Below are positions 19,238 through 29,236 of a stretch of DNA of 64,000 nt, piece after piece. How positions within the stretch are numbered: the stretch's first letter is position 1; each line of letters opens with the position of its first letter. Origin of the DNA: Candidatus Micrarchaeota archaeon (lineage in GTDB: Archaea > Micrarchaeota > Micrarchaeia > Anstonellales > Bilamarchaeaceae); contig JBDRIM010000041.1 in NCBI GenBank assembly GCA_043816005.1, forward strand, positions 19,509-83,508, written 5' to 3'. The notes under the pieces were generated by a model. That model searched no databases, was not told where the DNA came from, and saw nothing but the letters and a program-made list of their open reading frames with translations. Position numbers and translations under genes: made by a program.

Positions 19238-20998
19238 TTATAGTTTAGATGCAATAGCAATTAGCAAAAGGATACCACCAAGTAAAATAAGAGGAAGAGT
19301 AATTTTGGATATTGCAACTATTGAATTTACAGTAGAAATAACCTCAATTGATTGTTTTGCACCGATGATACGGATGTCAAACCAGCGAGTATCAGAAAAG
19401 AATTTTGCTTCCTGCATATCCTCAATGGCTTCATTGCACGCATCAACTATAATTTCAAGTGTGGTTTCTTGGTCTTTTAATGGGTTCAAAACTCCGCGAA
19501 CCATATTTGTCTGGTGAGTATCCGTTGTGAAAACACCAACAATGAAATTTTTCTTCTGTTTTTTTCCCAATGCAATGATAGATGATTCAATTTGGTCCCG
19601 AAATTCGGGCGTAACTCCATTCGAATCAATAAGAATAATAACGTACTCTGGATTTGATGAAAAAACTGCAACTTTTATTCCTGCTTTTCCGATTGTTGTT
19701 GATTCGAGTGAACGAATTGCAACTCCGATGCGTAAGTTTTTTTTCGCCCCCACTTTTGAAAGTGCATTTTTAATCGCATTAATATAATTAAACGCAACTG
19801 GGCTTCCTGGTTCAAAACTTGTAATTTCCCCAGTTTCAGCATTATGTTGATCTATGATCATCGCATGATCAACATATTTCTCAGCCTCAGATTTCATAGC
19901 CATTCCAAGACCAAGATTGATATCTTCAGTAACTTCTGGAGCCCTACTCAGACCAACCATTGCAGAATTGTTGATACGAAGAGCTTGTGCTTTACATTCT
20001 TCTTTGTTACCAAGTGAGATTGAAACTTTTGCATTTGAATAAACTGCGTCGCTTATGGCACCATCTACGGCTGTCAAGATTTTGCTTATTTCACTTGTCG
20101 CTACTGGATTTAGATCGTGAGTAACAGTACCGTGAAAAACAAATGTTTTTGATTTGTATTTCTTATCGATTTCATTTGCAATCAGATAAGAAAATTCACT
20201 TCCCCCCAAATTTCCAAAAGGGCCATAATGGACATATGGAGTTACAAAAAAGACAGTATCATTTTTACGTTTAAAACCAGATATAGTGAGCATGGTTTTT
20301 GCATCTTCACCAACTTGTTCAAATGCCTTTTCGATATCTTTGTTATGGTATAGCCATGCACTAAAAAGATAGGATGCAGCGTCTGTACTGCTCAATCCAA
20401 GATTTTTTTTCATTGGTGCGTTTATTATGAAAAAGAATAATACAATTGAGCCCAAAAGAACGAATGATGATATGTAAAATTTTGCTGCAATATCCCAAAA
20501 TGATGCATCTGTGTTATATAGAACTTGATCACTCAATAAAAACAAAATGTAAAAGAGAAGCTGTATCATTGCAAAGAGAATTGAACGGTATTTTAGGATA
20601 AATACAAACCTTGCGATTATATACCAAAAGACAAAGACAATTGCAGCACCAACAAGAATCACAAGTTGAGCCCAAAATTGATTAACGTCAGAGAGAACCA
20701 TACTAACCAAATATGCAATGGCATATACAGTTTCACCTGCAAGAGCAGTAGCAGCTATACGCCGATATGGCATTTTTGAAATCATGATTTTTATCACGAT
20801 TGATGATAATAACGCCGGTAGTGTCAAAAGCATCATGCCACTAATGACTGCATTTTGAAGGATATTTGGATCACCGAGATTGAGTAGAATTCCGAAGATA
20901 AGACCCACAATAATCATAGTAATGATGATAAAACGAGATGGGGGGAGTGTAATGAAGTATGATGTAAGATTAATAGCACGGTTGATGTTTTTTGTCAT
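19238..20998 (-). CDS. DUF2070-family membrane protein
   Basis: N-terminal TMs, HYGPFGNLGGS, HGTVTHD, DQHN, TTDTH. Confidence 0.85.
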   Translation of the reverse strand: MTKNINRAINLTSYFITLPPSRFIIITMIIVGLIFGILLNLGDPNILQNAVISGMMLLTLPALLSSIVIKIMISKMPYRRIAATALAGETVYAIAYLVSMVLSDVNQFWAQLVILVGAAIVFVFWYIIARFVFILKYRSILFAMIQLLFYILFLLSDQVLYNTDASFWDIAAKFYISSFVLLGSIVLFFFIINAPMKKNLGLSSTDAASYLFSAWLYHNKDIEKAFEQVGEDAKTMLTISGFKRKNDTVFFVTPYVHYGPFGNLGGSEFSYLIANEIDKKYKSKTFVFHGTVTHDLNPVATSEISKILTAVDGAISDAVYSNAKVSISLGNKEECKAQALRINNSAMVGLSRAPEVTEDINLGLGMAMKSEAEKYVDHAMIIDQHNAETGEITSFEPGSPVAFNYINAIKNALSKVGAKKNLRIGVAIRSLESTTIGKAGIKVAVFSSNPEYVIILIDSNGVTPEFRDQIESSIIALGKKQKKNFIVGVFTTDTHQTNMVRGVLNPLKDQETTLEIIVDACNEAIEDMQEAKFFSDTRWFDIRIIGAKQSIEVISTVNSIVAISKITLPLILLGGILLLIAIASKL

Positions 20999-21084
20999 AA
21001 AAATCCTTGATTTTTATTATTGAAATTTTTCCAAAATTTCAATGTCATCGGTTTTTAATATCATTCTCAATGGTTTAAAACTGT

Positions 21085-21702
21085 ATGTTGAACCTTATTT
21101 GCCCAAAATGTGGTAGAACAAGTGATAAAGTTGGATTCGTAGAGGCTTTTTGCATTGATTGTTTTCCGATACGCTTAACATTACCGCACAAAATAACCTT
21201 TGAGAGATGTGTAAGATGCGAAAAAATAAAATTTCGTGGATATTGGACAGCGTACAACGAACGTAAGATTACGGATTTTATCTTAAGTAAATGTAAGGGA
21301 GATTTCAAGTCAGCAAATTATGACTTTGAAAAGAATGTTGTAATATTTGAAATTAAAAGCAGTACGAAAATTGAGAAAAGTATGTTGCTCGAATTTACCA
21401 AAACAATCTGTCAACAATGTTCGCGAATAAGTGGTGGTTATTACGAGGGCATAATACAATTACGTGGCAACCGAACGAAAATAGAAGAATATGCAAAAAA
21501 AATGTTAGAGAGACTTGAGAAGGTTACTTTCCTTACAAAAACAGAAGAAAAAGATGAAGGAATAGACTTGTATGTTGGACGATCAAAACCAGTCATAAAA
21601 TTAGTGTCTGACCTTGGGATAAAAACAGTGATGACAAAAAAACTTGTTGGACAGGAACAAGGAAAACGACTTTACAGAACTACTTTCTTAGTTCGCTTGT
21701 AA
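21085..21702 (+). CDS. NMD3-family protein
   Basis: CPKCG..CIDC, CVRC, CQQCSRISGGYYEGIIQLRG. Confidence 0.88.
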   Translation: MLNLICPKCGRTSDKVGFVEAFCIDCFPIRLTLPHKITFERCVRCEKIKFRGYWTAYNERKITDFILSKCKGDFKSANYDFEKNVVIFEIKSSTKIEKSMLLEFTKTICQQCSRISGGYYEGIIQLRGNRTKIEEYAKKMLERLEKVTFLTKTEEKDEGIDLYVGRSKPVIKLVSDLGIKTVMTKKLVGQEQGKRLYRTTFLVRL

Positions 21703-22509
21703 TTAAACATCTCTGAACCGCAATGTGAATTTCAGTGGTTTGGTGTTTGGTGCAAGACTTAATGCAGGTGGAATTTTGAGATTAACATTGTTTGTGAACT
21801 TTAGAATTTGATCTATTTGAGTTTGTGTTAATGAATCAGAAAAACAATTTAAAAAACAAAGAAGATTTTCAGCACAAAGATAGAGTAATGCAGTTAAATT
21901 GTCTTTAATTTCCTGTGGACGTTTCTCCATCGTAGTTGTTCCTTCGGAGTTGGGAGTATTGTAGTTCAACCCGAATATACTTGAGTGGGATTTTTGGCAA
22001 AGAATCCAGTATTGATTGAAAAAGAATTTCTCGAAGACTTCCTTAGAATATAGTTTCTTCATTACTTTTTGGAAATTGTATTTTCTTCTCAAATTCTCTA
22101 GTTTTTTTTCACTTGTATTTGACCATTTTTTTTGAGTGAGAAGTTTGAGTTTTTCTGAATCAAGATCATCCATTTCTTTGAAGTTTTTATAGATTTCAAC
22201 ATCAGTTAGATAGGCATATTGCCAAATAATTGTCTCGAAAATTGTTCGCATATTATTTCCGGCAGGATCAATAAGGCCGCTTCTTGTCATCTGGTATGCT
22301 GCTGAAAGATATATTGTATTGCGATAGAAGAAAGCTGCAAGATATTGGGAGCGTTCATCAAGTTTTTTTCTCACTAAATTTGCATAGCTATCGAATGAAA
22401 AGGAAATTGCATTTTCTAGAAGACTGCATTGTTCAGCAAATAGTCTACCGCTTTGCATGTAAACATGTTCATGTTTCTCTTGAATTTTATCAAAGCTCAT
22501 ATCAATCAA
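21703..22509 (-). CDS. Hypothetical helical protein (DUF5677/HEPN-like)
   Basis: RTIFET and Y..LC..SH pattern; family call tentative. Confidence 0.5.
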   Translation of the reverse strand: MIDMSFDKIQEKHEHVYMQSGRLFAEQCSLLENAISFSFDSYANLVRKKLDERSQYLAAFFYRNTIYLSAAYQMTRSGLIDPAGNNMRTIFETIIWQYAYLTDVEIYKNFKEMDDLDSEKLKLLTQKKWSNTSEKKLENLRRKYNFQKVMKKLYSKEVFEKFFFNQYWILCQKSHSSIFGLNYNTPNSEGTTTMEKRPQEIKDNLTALLYLCAENLLCFLNCFSDSLTQTQIDQILKFTNNVNLKIPPALSLAPNTKPLKFTLRFRDV

Positions 22510-22750
22510 TTATAATTTTTTTTCCAGTCAGTTTTTCATAAACTGTTTCAGATAATTGTTTGTGTTGTCCTTGGAATACTGCATACTGTTGTGGTTTGTC
22601 TTTTTTTAATTGTGAGAAAAAACCTGCAAATTCATCACGAATTTGTGCAGTTATGTTATTGTCAGCTAATTTTAATTTCTCGTTCCAGCTAGTTATTTTC
22701 TTTTGAGTATTTTTATAATCATCTGATTCAATCAGATCTGTAAGATTCAT
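22502..22750 (-). CDS. Hypothetical protein
   Basis: 82 aa ORF overlapping both neighbours in an operon-like run. Confidence 0.6.
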   Translation of the reverse strand: MNLTDLIESDDYKNTQKKITSWNEKLKLADNNITAQIRDEFAGFFSQLKKDKPQQYAVFQGQHKQLSETVYEKLTGKKIIID

Positions 22751-24003
22751 TCTAACACCCCAAGATTCTTTTTTGCTTGTCTAACAATAGGGTTTTCAGC
22801 CCATGTAAGAATATCAACTTTTGCAGCTGAGGCTTTATTTTGTAAAAATAATAACGCATCTAGTGGTTTTGATTCGAGTTTGGCCATAAACTCATTGAAT
22901 GTTCCTTTGCCTAGTTTCTCATCAACTAATTTTGCTACCTCAGTGAAATTACCCGTAAGATAAGCTTCCTTGAGAACTTCTTTTCCAACAAGATGCTGGA
23001 GAAAAGAAGCAGATAATACTTCTGGAGCATATGCAACATAACTCGGAGTCATATCATGAGAACGTACTAGTTCTTGTGCATGTAATTCTGTAAGACCTTC
23101 GTGAAGTGGTTTGATATAGGTTCCAGAATGATACTTTCCTTCGCTATCAATAAAACGAATGTTAAAGCCACCACCAAGATAGGCAGCATAATGGAGATCT
23201 TCATGGGCAACTACCGAAAAAGCATCATCGTGGTTGCGTCTAGTGTTGAAACGATCAAGCACCGCGATATGATTCGTATCGGTAAAATAAATACCAACTG
23301 ATGGACTACCATATGCTTCTTCTCGCTTCCTGAAAAATGATTCTGGTTCGGCAGTAATGACCGGAGGTGTTTTCTTAAAACGACTTGCAATCTTTTCTCC
23401 AAGATAAGAAGCATCCAACCAACTAGAAACTTGTTGCTCTGCTTTAGGAATTGGTCTAGTAATAAAGACAGAACTGAGAGTGTCAGTAATTGCAGAGTTG
23501 ATACGTTCAAAAAAATCACTTATTGCTTCAGTAGCATCAGTAATAGCTTTACCAACTTTTTTGATCCCATCCCACAATTTCTCAAAAAAACCTTTTTCCC
23601 CAAAACTCTCTTCTGATGATTTTGAATGATCTATTTTTCTCTCAATTCTAAGTTCTGCTTCTACAGTTAATATTTCTGAATGTTTTTTTGCACTTTTCTT
23701 GTCCATAACTAGTGGCGGAGCAAAATGACCACTTGTAATATCTTCTAGCTGAGCATATTTTTTTGGATCAGTAGGATGGATAAGTTCACGATGGCTAGAA
23801 ACTCTGGGATCCTTGAGAGTATCTTCAACTGTACCTCCGTGTCCAACTATATCAAGTATTGCATCGAGAGCTCTCTTAGCAGATGCCGTAACCTCGGTTG
23901 GAGATGCAATTGGAAGTTGTTTTGCATGTTCAGTAACTACTCTAACTGCCTCTTCAGCTCCTTTGATTTTCTCAGGATCAGCAGTTTTTTCAGCACCGCC
24001 CAT
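22747..24003 (-). CDS. Hypothetical protein with zincin-like motif
   Basis: VAHEDLH followed by HEGLTE. Confidence 0.55.
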   Translation of the reverse strand: MGGAEKTADPEKIKGAEEAVRVVTEHAKQLPIASPTEVTASAKRALDAILDIVGHGGTVEDTLKDPRVSSHRELIHPTDPKKYAQLEDITSGHFAPPLVMDKKSAKKHSEILTVEAELRIERKIDHSKSSEESFGEKGFFEKLWDGIKKVGKAITDATEAISDFFERINSAITDTLSSVFITRPIPKAEQQVSSWLDASYLGEKIASRFKKTPPVITAEPESFFRKREEAYGSPSVGIYFTDTNHIAVLDRFNTRRNHDDAFSVVAHEDLHYAAYLGGGFNIRFIDSEGKYHSGTYIKPLHEGLTELHAQELVRSHDMTPSYVAYAPEVLSASFLQHLVGKEVLKEAYLTGNFTEVAKLVDEKLGKGTFNEFMAKLESKPLDALLFLQNKASAAKVDILTWAENPIVRQAKKNLGVLE

Positions 24004-24306
24004 TTAACCATGTTCCTCCAATTCGATTTTTTTACAAATTGATACAAAATCCCGAAGTCTTTTTGTAACAGAATTAAGATCTTTTTTACCTTTTAGTGAT
24101 TTTTTTTCCCAATTTGAAAATAAACCATGACAGGTGCGCAAATAATCAATCTTAGCTGCAAGATGTTGTGGCTTTTTCTTTGTTCCTTCCCAATCAGCTA
24201 TCGCAACTTCTATTAGTGAGATTGAGTGACTAACTTTAGTTTGCGTTTCAATCTCAAGATCAAAAAGTTTAGCTCCGATTTCTGTTTCATCCATTGAATC
24301 CACCAA
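24004..24306 (-). CDS. Hypothetical protein
   Basis: 100 aa ORF directly downstream of cdc6. Confidence 0.6.
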   Translation of the reverse strand: MVDSMDETEIGAKLFDLEIETQTKVSHSISLIEVAIADWEGTKKKPQHLAAKIDYLRTCHGLFSNWEKKSLKGKKDLNSVTKRLRDFVSICKKIELEEHG

Positions 24307-24307
24307 A

Positions 24308-25369
24308 CTAATTTCTATTCTGTAATTTAAATATTTTTGGACTGAGCATACCCCCAGATCTGACTTCTGTTGTTGTTACCATACCTTTTTTCTCAAGTGA
24401 GTCAAGATAGTTTCTTATCTGACGCTTGGAAACATTGAACTTTTTTGAAAATAACGAGTAAAGTTCTGTGGAACCAATTTCACCATTTTTCAAAATTTCG
24501 GTAATAAATGATTCTTCTGGAGTTAGATTAAGTTCTTGTTTCTTAAAATCAGGGGTTTCTGCGAGAATGTCCTCCAAATCCTGAATCATAATCTTAGATT
24601 TACCAGAATTTTCTGCATGTTTTGCTGCTTTCCACAATCGTTCTATTGCAATTCTTGCAGAACCATCTTCTACTGATCGTGCGATTTTTGTAAGTAATTT
24701 TTCATCAAAAGCCTGTGGCATAAGTGCTACTTCGGCTCTTGATCGTAAAATAGATGCTAGTTGTTCGTCGGAATAGGGTTGAAACTCCATAGCTGTAAAT
24801 CTAAGCGAACTTCTTATTCTTGCATCGAGTTTAGATAGAAGGGATTTATTATTGGAAATACCAATTATACCGAATGCAAGCATTTTTTCATTCGAACGAG
24901 AGATAACATAAAGGAGTTCGTCATGGCGCAGGCCGTCCATTTCGTCTAATATTAGAAAAACTGGCTTCTTGTAACTTTTTATATATTGCATTATTCTATC
25001 GAAAATCTCATCTGGTGCAAGACCACGACGTGGAAGTGGAAGACGCATTTCTTCCACAATTCTATTATATATTGCCAATTGAGTGGGATTTTCCCAGCAG
25101 TTCACATAAACAGAAATGACGGAAGATGACTGTTCAGATAATTCTCTAATCAAATATTTTATACAAGAAGTTTTTCCAGTTCCTGAAGAACCGTGGATAA
25201 AAAGATTTTGAGGGGTTCTTCTGCCTAGCAGTGGTTTTATACAATCAGCAAGATATTGAAGCTCTTTATCGCGATAAACAAGTTCATCTGGTAGATAATC
25301 AGGTAGAATCACACGCTCGTCACGAATGATAAGAGATTGGTTATCTCCCCTATCAAAGTATCCTGACAT
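24308..25369 (-). CDS. cdc6: Orc1/Cdc6 replication initiator family protein
   Basis: DYLPDELVYRD, Walker A GSSGTGKT, VNC, Walker B LILDEMD, C-terminal winged helix. Confidence 0.9.
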   Translation of the reverse strand: MSGYFDRGDNQSLIIRDERVILPDYLPDELVYRDKELQYLADCIKPLLGRRTPQNLFIHGSSGTGKTSCIKYLIRELSEQSSSVISVYVNCWENPTQLAIYNRIVEEMRLPLPRRGLAPDEIFDRIMQYIKSYKKPVFLILDEMDGLRHDELLYVISRSNEKMLAFGIIGISNNKSLLSKLDARIRSSLRFTAMEFQPYSDEQLASILRSRAEVALMPQAFDEKLLTKIARSVEDGSARIAIERLWKAAKHAENSGKSKIMIQDLEDILAETPDFKKQELNLTPEESFITEILKNGEIGSTELYSLFSKKFNVSKRQIRNYLDSLEKKGMVTTTEVRSGGMLSPKIFKLQNRN

Positions 25370-25429
25370 AATTATGATGGGACAGCAAAAACATAAAACA
25401 GTTGGCTTCGCATATCATTTGGTGTTGGA

Positions 25430-26257
25430 TTGCAAGATATATTTGTAGTCAAGGAAAGTGGCGAAAGGGAAAAGTACAGACAACAAAAGGTAAGACACGC
25501 ACTTAAGAGAATCGGATTGAGTGAAAATGAGACGGCAGAAGTACTTCATGAACTCGAAAAAAGATTATATGAAGGTATGACAACAAAAAAAATCTACGCT
25601 ATTCTTTATGAAATCATAGAAAACAGAAAACCGGAATTGTCACACAGATATAATCTTAAGCGTGCTCTTTTCGAGATTGGCCCTGATGGTTACAGTTTTG
25701 AGACCTTTATTTCAAGATTGCTCGAACTGAATGGTTATGAAACAAAACTTAGACAGATAGTAAAAGGCAAATGCATAAATCATGAAATCGATGTTGTTGC
25801 AACAAAAAACGATAAAACATACATGATTGAATGTAAATTCCATAATCAACCAGGAACCAGGTGTAGAGTGCAAACTATTCTTTATGTCCATTCACGTTAT
25901 CTTGATTTAAGAGAAGGGACAAAAAAAGGATATTGCTGTAAATTTGACAAACCCTGGCTTATAACAAATACCAAATTTTCTGAGGATGTACGCAGTTATG
26001 CAGAATGTATGGAACTGCCTCTTCTTGGATGGAGATATCCAGCTAAAAATAGTCTTGAAGTAATGGTGGATAAATCAAAATGTTACCCGATTACTGTGAT
26101 AAATATGAATAATGATACCTTGAGAAAGCTTCTTAGTAAAGATATTGTAACTGTTTATGATATACCTGAGAATGCAAATAAATTAGCAAATATTACAAGC
26201 GTACCGATATCTATCGCAAAACAAATAGTTGAAAAGGCCGCTTACGCCCGTGATTGA
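25430..26257 (+). CDS. ATP-cone plus Mrr-like restriction endonuclease domain protein
   Basis: VVKESGERE ATP cone; GYSFE...HEIDV...IECK; TNTKFS. Confidence 0.8.
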   Translation: MQDIFVVKESGEREKYRQQKVRHALKRIGLSENETAEVLHELEKRLYEGMTTKKIYAILYEIIENRKPELSHRYNLKRALFEIGPDGYSFETFISRLLELNGYETKLRQIVKGKCINHEIDVVATKNDKTYMIECKFHNQPGTRCRVQTILYVHSRYLDLREGTKKGYCCKFDKPWLITNTKFSEDVRSYAECMELPLLGWRYPAKNSLEVMVDKSKCYPITVINMNNDTLRKLLSKDIVTVYDIPENANKLANITSVPISIAKQIVEKAAYARD

Positions 26258-26962
26258 TTGAAAAGAATATTAGAAATAGATGCGCTGAGGGGCGTTGCCA
26301 TTGTATTGATGATAATTTATCATTTTCTTTTTGATCTTAATTTTTTTGGAATTGTGAATATAGATATACATGACACAAACATAGTAATTTTCCAAAGAAC
26401 AATAGCAATTTTATTTATTGGTTTAGTTGGCATTTCAATAACACTTAGTGAGAACCGCAATAAACGTGGATATTTGAGTCATTTCTGGCGCGGACTTAAA
26501 TTAGTAAATATTGCAATTTTGATAACTGCAGCGACGTGGATTTTCCCCCATGATGGATTTATTACTTTTGGAATTATACATATGATTGCACTTTCAACTT
26601 TTATCGCACCTGCTTTTTTTAAACTTGGAAAATGGAATTTCTTGGTTGGTCTTGGCCTTGTAAGTCTTGGGATTTGGCTGAACACACTAGTCACAAATTC
26701 ACGTTTCTTTTTTTGGCTGGGGTTACCATTTCCAGAATATTTTGCTTTGGATTATTATCCGATGTTGCCATGGTTTGGAGTTATTTTGATTGGTATGGCA
26801 ATTGGCCAGGCAGCATACCACAAAAATGAAAGTAGGTTTAAGATAAAGGATATTGGACTGGTGAACAAATTAGTTTTTTTAGGTAAAAATTCATTAGTCA
26901 TATATTTAGTACATCAAGTTGTTCTGGTTGGATTAATAATTACTTATTTGTACTTGAAATAA
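26258..26962 (+). CDS. DUF1624 / HGSNAT-like membrane acyltransferase
   Basis: RILEIDALRGVAI.LMI.YH; DYYPMLPW; SL.IYLVHQ. Confidence 0.88.
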   Translation: MKRILEIDALRGVAIVLMIIYHFLFDLNFFGIVNIDIHDTNIVIFQRTIAILFIGLVGISITLSENRNKRGYLSHFWRGLKLVNIAILITAATWIFPHDGFITFGIIHMIALSTFIAPAFFKLGKWNFLVGLGLVSLGIWLNTLVTNSRFFFWLGLPFPEYFALDYYPMLPWFGVILIGMAIGQAAYHKNESRFKIKDIGLVNKLVFLGKNSLVIYLVHQVVLVGLIITYLYLK

Positions 26963-26964
26963 AA

Positions 26965-27120
26965 TGGGCCCGATGAGATTTGAACTCATGACCTTTCGAT
27001 TATCAGTCGAACGCTCTAGCCGAGTTACTCATACCGTTTTAGTTAAATTAATGCGCCAAAAAGTACAGATAGTTTTTGGACGCACCTTTTTCCTAAAAAG
27101 GTGCGCTGAGCTACGGGCCC
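26965..27120 (-). tRNA. tRNA-Ile(GAT) with D-loop intron (~27023-27104)
   Basis: GGGCCCGTAGCTCAGC / CGGCTAGAGCGTTCGACTGATAATCGAAAGGTCATGAGTTCAAATCTCATCGGGCCCA. Confidence 0.9.
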
Positions 27121-27158
27121 AAAAGTAAGCAGAATATGAAGGGTATAATTTTAAAATG

Positions 27159-27611
27159 TCAGCTCTCCGCCACAACAATCATTGTTTTAGTTTTTGTGAT
27201 GCCTTTTGTTGATTGTAGTCGTTGTAACAAAAGATTTTGAAATTCTTCCATATCCCTACAGCGAACTGTGATGAGAAGATCTGCATCTCCAGTTACAATA
27301 TCAACTGTTTCAACACCATTTATTTTTTTTATGTCATTCGCAACATCTTTCTGTGTTCTTTTCAGCTGTATTAGCATAGTTAGATCAACAAATGCAAGGA
27401 TATGTGCTTTCATCCTTAATCCAAGCAGCTTGTTGTTCTTTTTTATTGTCCATGAATCAATAAATTTCTCTTTTTCTAATCTTTTTATTCTGTGGTGAAC
27501 TGTTGACGCTGGAATGCCCATTTTTCTGGCGAGAACATGGATTCTGATTTTAGCATCTGCTTCGAGTAACTGTAATAATTCCATATCTATTTCGTCTGCT
27601 TTCTTTTCCAT
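27159..27611 (-). CDS. Lrp/AsnC-family regulator
   Basis: N-terminal HTH (STVHHRIKRLE), VTGDADLL; divergent from the asparagine synthetase. Confidence 0.92.
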   Translation of the reverse strand: MEKKADEIDMELLQLLEADAKIRIHVLARKMGIPASTVHHRIKRLEKEKFIDSWTIKKNNKLLGLRMKAHILAFVDLTMLIQLKRTQKDVANDIKKINGVETVDIVTGDADLLITVRCRDMEEFQNLLLQRLQSTKGITKTKTMIVVAES

Positions 27612-27724
27612 ATTGGATAATTTCCAATAAAAGTTTAAAAAACTTGCTATTTTTGTAAATTTTACAAATAAATATGGATAAAATATAAATACTAAATTTG
27701 TTGCAGCAATTGTAGGTGAATTAT

Positions 27725-28630
27725 ATGAGAGACATCAAAAGAATCCATCTGAGAATTGTTTCTGGTTTGTTGAAGTATACTACTGAACACTTCCACCATA
27801 ATGGATTCACTCAACTCATGCCAGTTATTTTATCATCAGTAACAGATCCGCTTGGACCAGATCCTGGAAGTAGTGTAATCAAAACTGGTGAAATTGAGTA
27901 TCTTGGTCAACGATTATCATTAACACAGTCAATGATACTTCATAAGCAGATTGCCATTCGCGAAGGAATTGAAAAATTATTCATTATATCCCCAAACGTA
28001 AGATTAGAACATCCAAACCGCAGAGAGAGTGGAAAACACTTGTTTGAATTCTCACAGGTTGATTTCGAAATAGCACATGGCAGTAAAGAAGAGGTATTCC
28101 GACTAATGGAAGGGTTCATCACTGGTGCAATTAGTTATATGAAACTTCATCATGCTCATGATCTTGAAGTATTAGGAAGAGCATTGCTATCTATAGATGG
28201 GCCATTCAAAAGATATACCACATATGAACTCAAAGACAAATACGGCGATGATTGGGAAAGTTTAGCTTCTTTGGAAACAAAACAACCATTTTGGGTACTT
28301 GATCACACTAGAGAGTTCTATGACAAAGAAGATCCAGATAGACCTGGACATTATGTCAACTATGATATGATTTACCCTGAAGGTTTTTGTGAGGGGTTGT
28401 CAGGTGCTGAACGTGAGTATGAATATGATATCATATTGAGGAAAATTACAAAACAGGGTCTTGATAAATCTCGTTATGCGCCATATTTAGAACTTGCGAA
28501 GGATGGTTTGACTCCATCTGCAGGTGGTGGATTTGGAGTTGAACGACTGGCAAGATATATTACTGGTGCAAAACATATTGGTGATGTTCAGCTTTTCAGA
28601 CGAGTTCCAGGTGAACCTGTTGTAGTTTAA
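27725..28630 (+). CDS. Archaeal asparagine synthetase A (AsnRS-like, no anticodon domain)
   Basis: TDPL, LTQSMILHKQ, SPNVRLE, HLFEFSQVDFE, SAGGGFGVER. Confidence 0.88.
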   Translation: MRDIKRIHLRIVSGLLKYTTEHFHHNGFTQLMPVILSSVTDPLGPDPGSSVIKTGEIEYLGQRLSLTQSMILHKQIAIREGIEKLFIISPNVRLEHPNRRESGKHLFEFSQVDFEIAHGSKEEVFRLMEGFITGAISYMKLHHAHDLEVLGRALLSIDGPFKRYTTYELKDKYGDDWESLASLETKQPFWVLDHTREFYDKEDPDRPGHYVNYDMIYPEGFCEGLSGAEREYEYDIILRKITKQGLDKSRYAPYLELAKDGLTPSAGGGFGVERLARYITGAKHIGDVQLFRRVPGEPVVV

Positions 28631-28669
28631 TTTTTATTTTCTTTTAACTTATTTTGTTCTGGTGTTTGA

Positions 28670-29194
28670 ATGGTAGTAAAAACAATAAGATTAGTTGGTG
28701 ATCCTGTATTAAGACAAGAATGCCCGGATATAAAAGACTATCATTCGGTAACGCAAATTGTGGAAGATTTACAAGACACACTTTTAGATTTCAGAACAAA
28801 AAATGGTTTTGGTAGTGGTATAGCAGCACCTCAAATTGGAGAAACAGTTCGTGCGATTTATATTTCTACAAAAGAGTTTGAAGGGGAAATATTGAATCCG
28901 CAGATTACAAAACATAGTGATGTTACTGCGCTTTTTTGGGATGCGTGTTTTAGCTTTGAACCTTCGTTTTTTGCAAAAGTAAAAAGATGGACGTCTGTAG
29001 AGGTAGAATATTATGATATTTTAGGTAACAAGAAGATCATCAAAAATACCACCGAACACCTAGCTGCGTTATTACAGCACGAAATTGACCACATTAACAA
29101 AGTATTATTCATAGATAGAATAGTTCAACAAGGTGATTATATCATACCTTGCAGTGTATGGAAACATATGGGCAAACCACTGCGAGTAGATTAA
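28670..29194 (+). CDS. def: Peptide deformylase family protein
   Basis: GDPVLR, GSGIAAPQIG, DACFS (EGCLS variant), QHEIDH. Confidence 0.85.
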   Translation: MVVKTIRLVGDPVLRQECPDIKDYHSVTQIVEDLQDTLLDFRTKNGFGSGIAAPQIGETVRAIYISTKEFEGEILNPQITKHSDVTALFWDACFSFEPSFFAKVKRWTSVEVEYYDILGNKKIIKNTTEHLAALLQHEIDHINKVLFIDRIVQQGDYIIPCSVWKHMGKPLRVD

Positions 29195-29236
29195 TTTGGC
29201 GCTGATTTTTATTTCCTTTCAAACAATTTAATATTA

